Below are positions 61,301 through 64,000 of a stretch of 64,000 nucleotides of DNA, one piece after another. Made by a program: the position numbers and the translations under genes. The notes under the pieces are model-generated. The model was not told where the DNA came from. It searched no databases and was given only the letters and a program-made list of their open reading frames with translations. Position 1 is the stretch's first letter; each line of letters opens with the position of its first letter. Source of the DNA: Orbicella franksi (Eukaryota). Location: assembly GCA_964199315.1 (NCBI GenBank), contig OZ116709.1, positions 24,118,001 to 24,182,000 of the forward strand, read 5' to 3'.

Positions 61301-63821
61301 TTTAAAAAATTTCACCCTCTGTTTGAGTTCAGTATATATTACCTCCTTTAAATTTTCCAAGGTGATTTGTGGCTGGCGCTGTACAATAAATTGCAACATG
61401 ATCTGGTCACCATAAGCAGAAGAACCTATACAGAGAGCACAGACATCAAGGAACATAAGTAAGAAACGGCAACATATGTGAAATTTCTTTCAGGATCAGA
61501 GTAAATGAAGATGTAGTTGAAGCTGTAAATTTAGTTAACAAGGCAATATAATAAGACGCAAAGATAATGCTTAGCTTTGTGTTGATATACACCTGTAAGT
61601 CAATCATAAGCAGAGGAACCTCGGCAATAACAAAATAAACAAATAACACAAGAGGTTTCCCAAAAGTGTGTCTTAGATAGTCTCTGGATAGACTCCCATT
61701 GGAAACAAGGATGTGGTTTAAAAGAGCAACAACTAAATTACATCTTTCTCTAAACTGGGATATAGATAACATCACTCTAGCTAAGGGAGGTGTGGGGGTG
61801 AGATTAGCGCACTTGACTTGTATCAAGCAGTCTGCGTTCACTGACAAGTGCTGGTCAGAGCCATTGTGTTGTCTTATTGGTCAAGGCACTTTGCTTTCAC
61901 AGTACTTCTCTCTACCAAGGGGTATCATGGGTATTGGCAAACTGTCAGTCAAAGCAATGTGACAAAATGCTGAGGAGTGATCTGCAACAGACTAGCATCC
62001 CTCCAGAAGGAGAGAATGTACATCTTGTCATATTATCATTATGGAAACTGAGAAAAGCTCCAGAGTGCGGGCTACTATGGATAGAGTACAAACATTTTCC
62101 TTTATCATACTCTTGCCAATCGGTACATATATGTCTAAAGTATATGACTGTATGTTCAAGATGCTTGTAACATGTAACAGCACCTTTGCTAAGTTCCTGC
62201 ACCATGTTTTCAGCGGAACGCTGGTAGATAAGTTTCAGTGTTGGCTCTGTGCATTTCTTCAACAGGTCAAAGAAAAATGTCTTCAATTGAGCAGGCACCA
62301 AGCACATGGGGTAGTCTGGGGAGTGAATGAAATCAAAGAAAGATATGATGATTTAAGAAATAGAAAACATGTACCACGTTTCTATCAAATTACACCAATG
62401 GAAGTTTGGGAGAATGAGAAATGCTGTGGGAACACAAGCCAATAGGCAAGTGTTTCGACAGCTTTTTTGAAGTTCTCCCAAACTTCCGGGAGAAATACGA
62501 TACATGTTTTATATTTCTTTAAGAAAATTCCACAATGAAAAAAAGAAAAACAGCTTGTCAAAATGACAATTTTCTTTGCTCCCGCCATCAGCAAAGGCGC
62601 ATCATCAACAACAGCTCATGCTAGTTCTGTGTTTCTATTGAGTTATAGAAACACAATTTTAAACCAACCAGTGTGCATATTTTCCTTGGGGTATTTTCTA
62701 ACAGGTAATGTTAATCAGTTCATCAAGGACAAATCTTAATACATGCAGTGAACACTAGTGATAGCCATGTGTGTGGTTGTTAACTTTGTACCAACCTGCT
62801 GGTTTGCCCTCAAACACAGGGTCTCTTTGAGGAACACCTTTAAGCTTGAGCTGAAGGTGTGCAGCGATATCAGTTAACCAAATCTACACCACAACAAAAA
62901 TATAAACATACATGTAAGATTTATATGAACTTTAGACAAAACATTAAAACACATTGTAAATTTCCAAATTAATTTGTCCAACTAATTTGCTCCTGGAAAA
63001 ATTACACAAGCTATGAAATTACACAAGTTTATGAAAAAAAGAGGCTGACAGCCTTCAAACCCCAACTTGAAAAATTAGCATTTTTTTTTTTAAGTATCTT
63101 TGCCATATGAAATCTGCCCTAATCTCCTCAGTTCTAACTGTCCTTGTTTATTTCTAGTTTATTGTTGCTTAATTCTTAGGTCTTTTTTCTGCCTTGGAGA
63201 ACTGTTACGTTTAGGCTTGTATCAATATTAAAGTAACCACCAACATCAGAGAAATAAGTTCAACACCATGATGTACATGCAGTTCCCAAGCAGTGCTTGA
63301 AGAAAAACTTGAAATCCATCTTGCCCATTGGACAAGTAGCTCTCAAATTTTGCTTGCCCTGGGCAAGTCTTAGTGTTTTTTTTTTGTTTTTTTTCTTAGT
63401 TGGCAGACGACTTGCCTGGGCCTTTGCCCATTGGCCAAGTGAGAATGAAAAGTTACTTGCCCAGCAGGAAAATCTACTTGTCCTGGATGACTGGACGGCA
63501 CTGTTTTCGAGCCCTGCTAAGGCTGACAAATGTGTATGTATGCTCACACATGCTTTTTCTACATATTGTCAGTTGCTTGACAAGATACTGTCAGGATAAA
63601 TTACATGTTGTATACATTTGGAAATTGAAAATAGCTTTGCCATACATGAGCCACATTTGAACACCAGCCTAATTCATCCATAATTCACAGTATATGTGAA
63701 GTAGTAGCTATCAATCAAGTGAAGAAGTAATTATCAAGCTACACTGTATACTTACAGATGGGTTACTTGGGAAGGATGACTCCAGGTTAGTTAGCATTGC
63801 AGTCAGCTCATCAAGGTCCAC
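52379..63821 (-). CDS. TMEM214: Transmembrane protein 214 homolog, 18 exons in window (626 aa), 5' end beyond window
   Basis: Minus-strand exons: 63821-63756, 62883-62796, 62315-62184, 61425-61343, 61200-61095, 60916-60835, 59771-59664, 59492-59453, 59127-59026, 58665-58574, 58300-58255, 57885-57805, 57215-57183, 55113-54990, 54858-54762, 53955-53787, 53225-52864 and 52448-52379. All are GT-AG with consistent phases. The peptides are collinear with human TMEM214 as recalled, e.g. FPSNPSIWLTDIAAHLQLKL, LMWCAGQ, VWMEVMLP, SLQRKMLSLYPKLK, LYFPALLSR and TM helix LLKLVLLLLIAAVAFDI. Confidence 0.9.
54229..54273. repeat. (GGAGG/GGGA)n purine microsatellite in a TMEM214 intron
   Basis: Direct reading of about 45 bp of gaggg/gagggg units. 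Confidence 0.85.
60543..60690. mobile_element. 148-bp MITE in a TMEM214 intron
   Basis: ggcccaggttgttcaaaaggtggataatgctatc pairs with gatagcgttatccacctttcaaacaacccgggcc (imperfect TIRs). Confidence 0.7.
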
Positions 63822-64000
63822 CTCAAATAAAAGCAGCAAAAATGCATCATAAATGATGTTTAGATTATCTGCATGTCATCATTCACACAATCCTTAAAGC
63901 AGGGGTTTCATCAAATTTTTCAACAGGAGGACAACAGAGTTTCACAGGCGGGCAAAACGTTTTGAACTGAACTTCGTTACAAAGAAACTTTCCTCTATGT

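Noticed and set aside
61446-62594. Clustered 69-134 aa ORFs as a decayed transposase
   Set aside because: The real signal is TMEM214 exon 62315-62184; the remainder is intron or antisense read-through.
63291-63516. hAT-type MITE with 8-bp TSD
   Set aside because: The CAG...CTG ends are only loosely inverted and the flanks (ttcccaag vs ctaaggct) do not match. It is probably an old repeat but cannot be classified.
1-64000. CRISPR array, prokaryotic defence island or bacterial contig
   Set aside because: No short direct repeats with unique spacers and no operons. All recognisable genes are split by spliceosomal introns among animal-type SINEs and MITEs.

Overview
This is AT-rich, intron-containing animal genomic DNA. 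The repeat families and gene content suggest a stony coral or other anthozoan (inference). There are no prokaryotic operons, CRISPR arrays, rRNA or convincing tRNA genes, and most track ORFs are spurious or single exons. Positions ~3.2-46.3 kb hold a three-unit tandem array. Each unit pairs a + strand 3-exon gene for a predicted secreted ~410-aa protein (PAN/apple domain plus ALK/LTK-type glycine-rich domain, no transmembrane or kinase region) tail-to-tail with a - strand cytosolic phospholipase A2 (PLA2G4-like). Only the third cPLA2 is complete (15 exons, 733 aa). The first two are cut at the same point inside exon 8 and lack the C2 domain and catalytic Ser, yet their exons are far better conserved than their introns. 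The three glycine-rich exons differ mainly by amino-acid-changing substitutions clustered in loops between glycine motifs. Intron 2 of the middle copy carries a 5.2-kb TTAA-flanked foldback element with 2074-bp arms, and a 1044-bp CAC...GTG element sits inside its left target-site duplication. Positions 52.4-63.8 kb hold 18 exons of TMEM214 (- strand, 5' end outside the window). All exon models and difference counts were made by hand.
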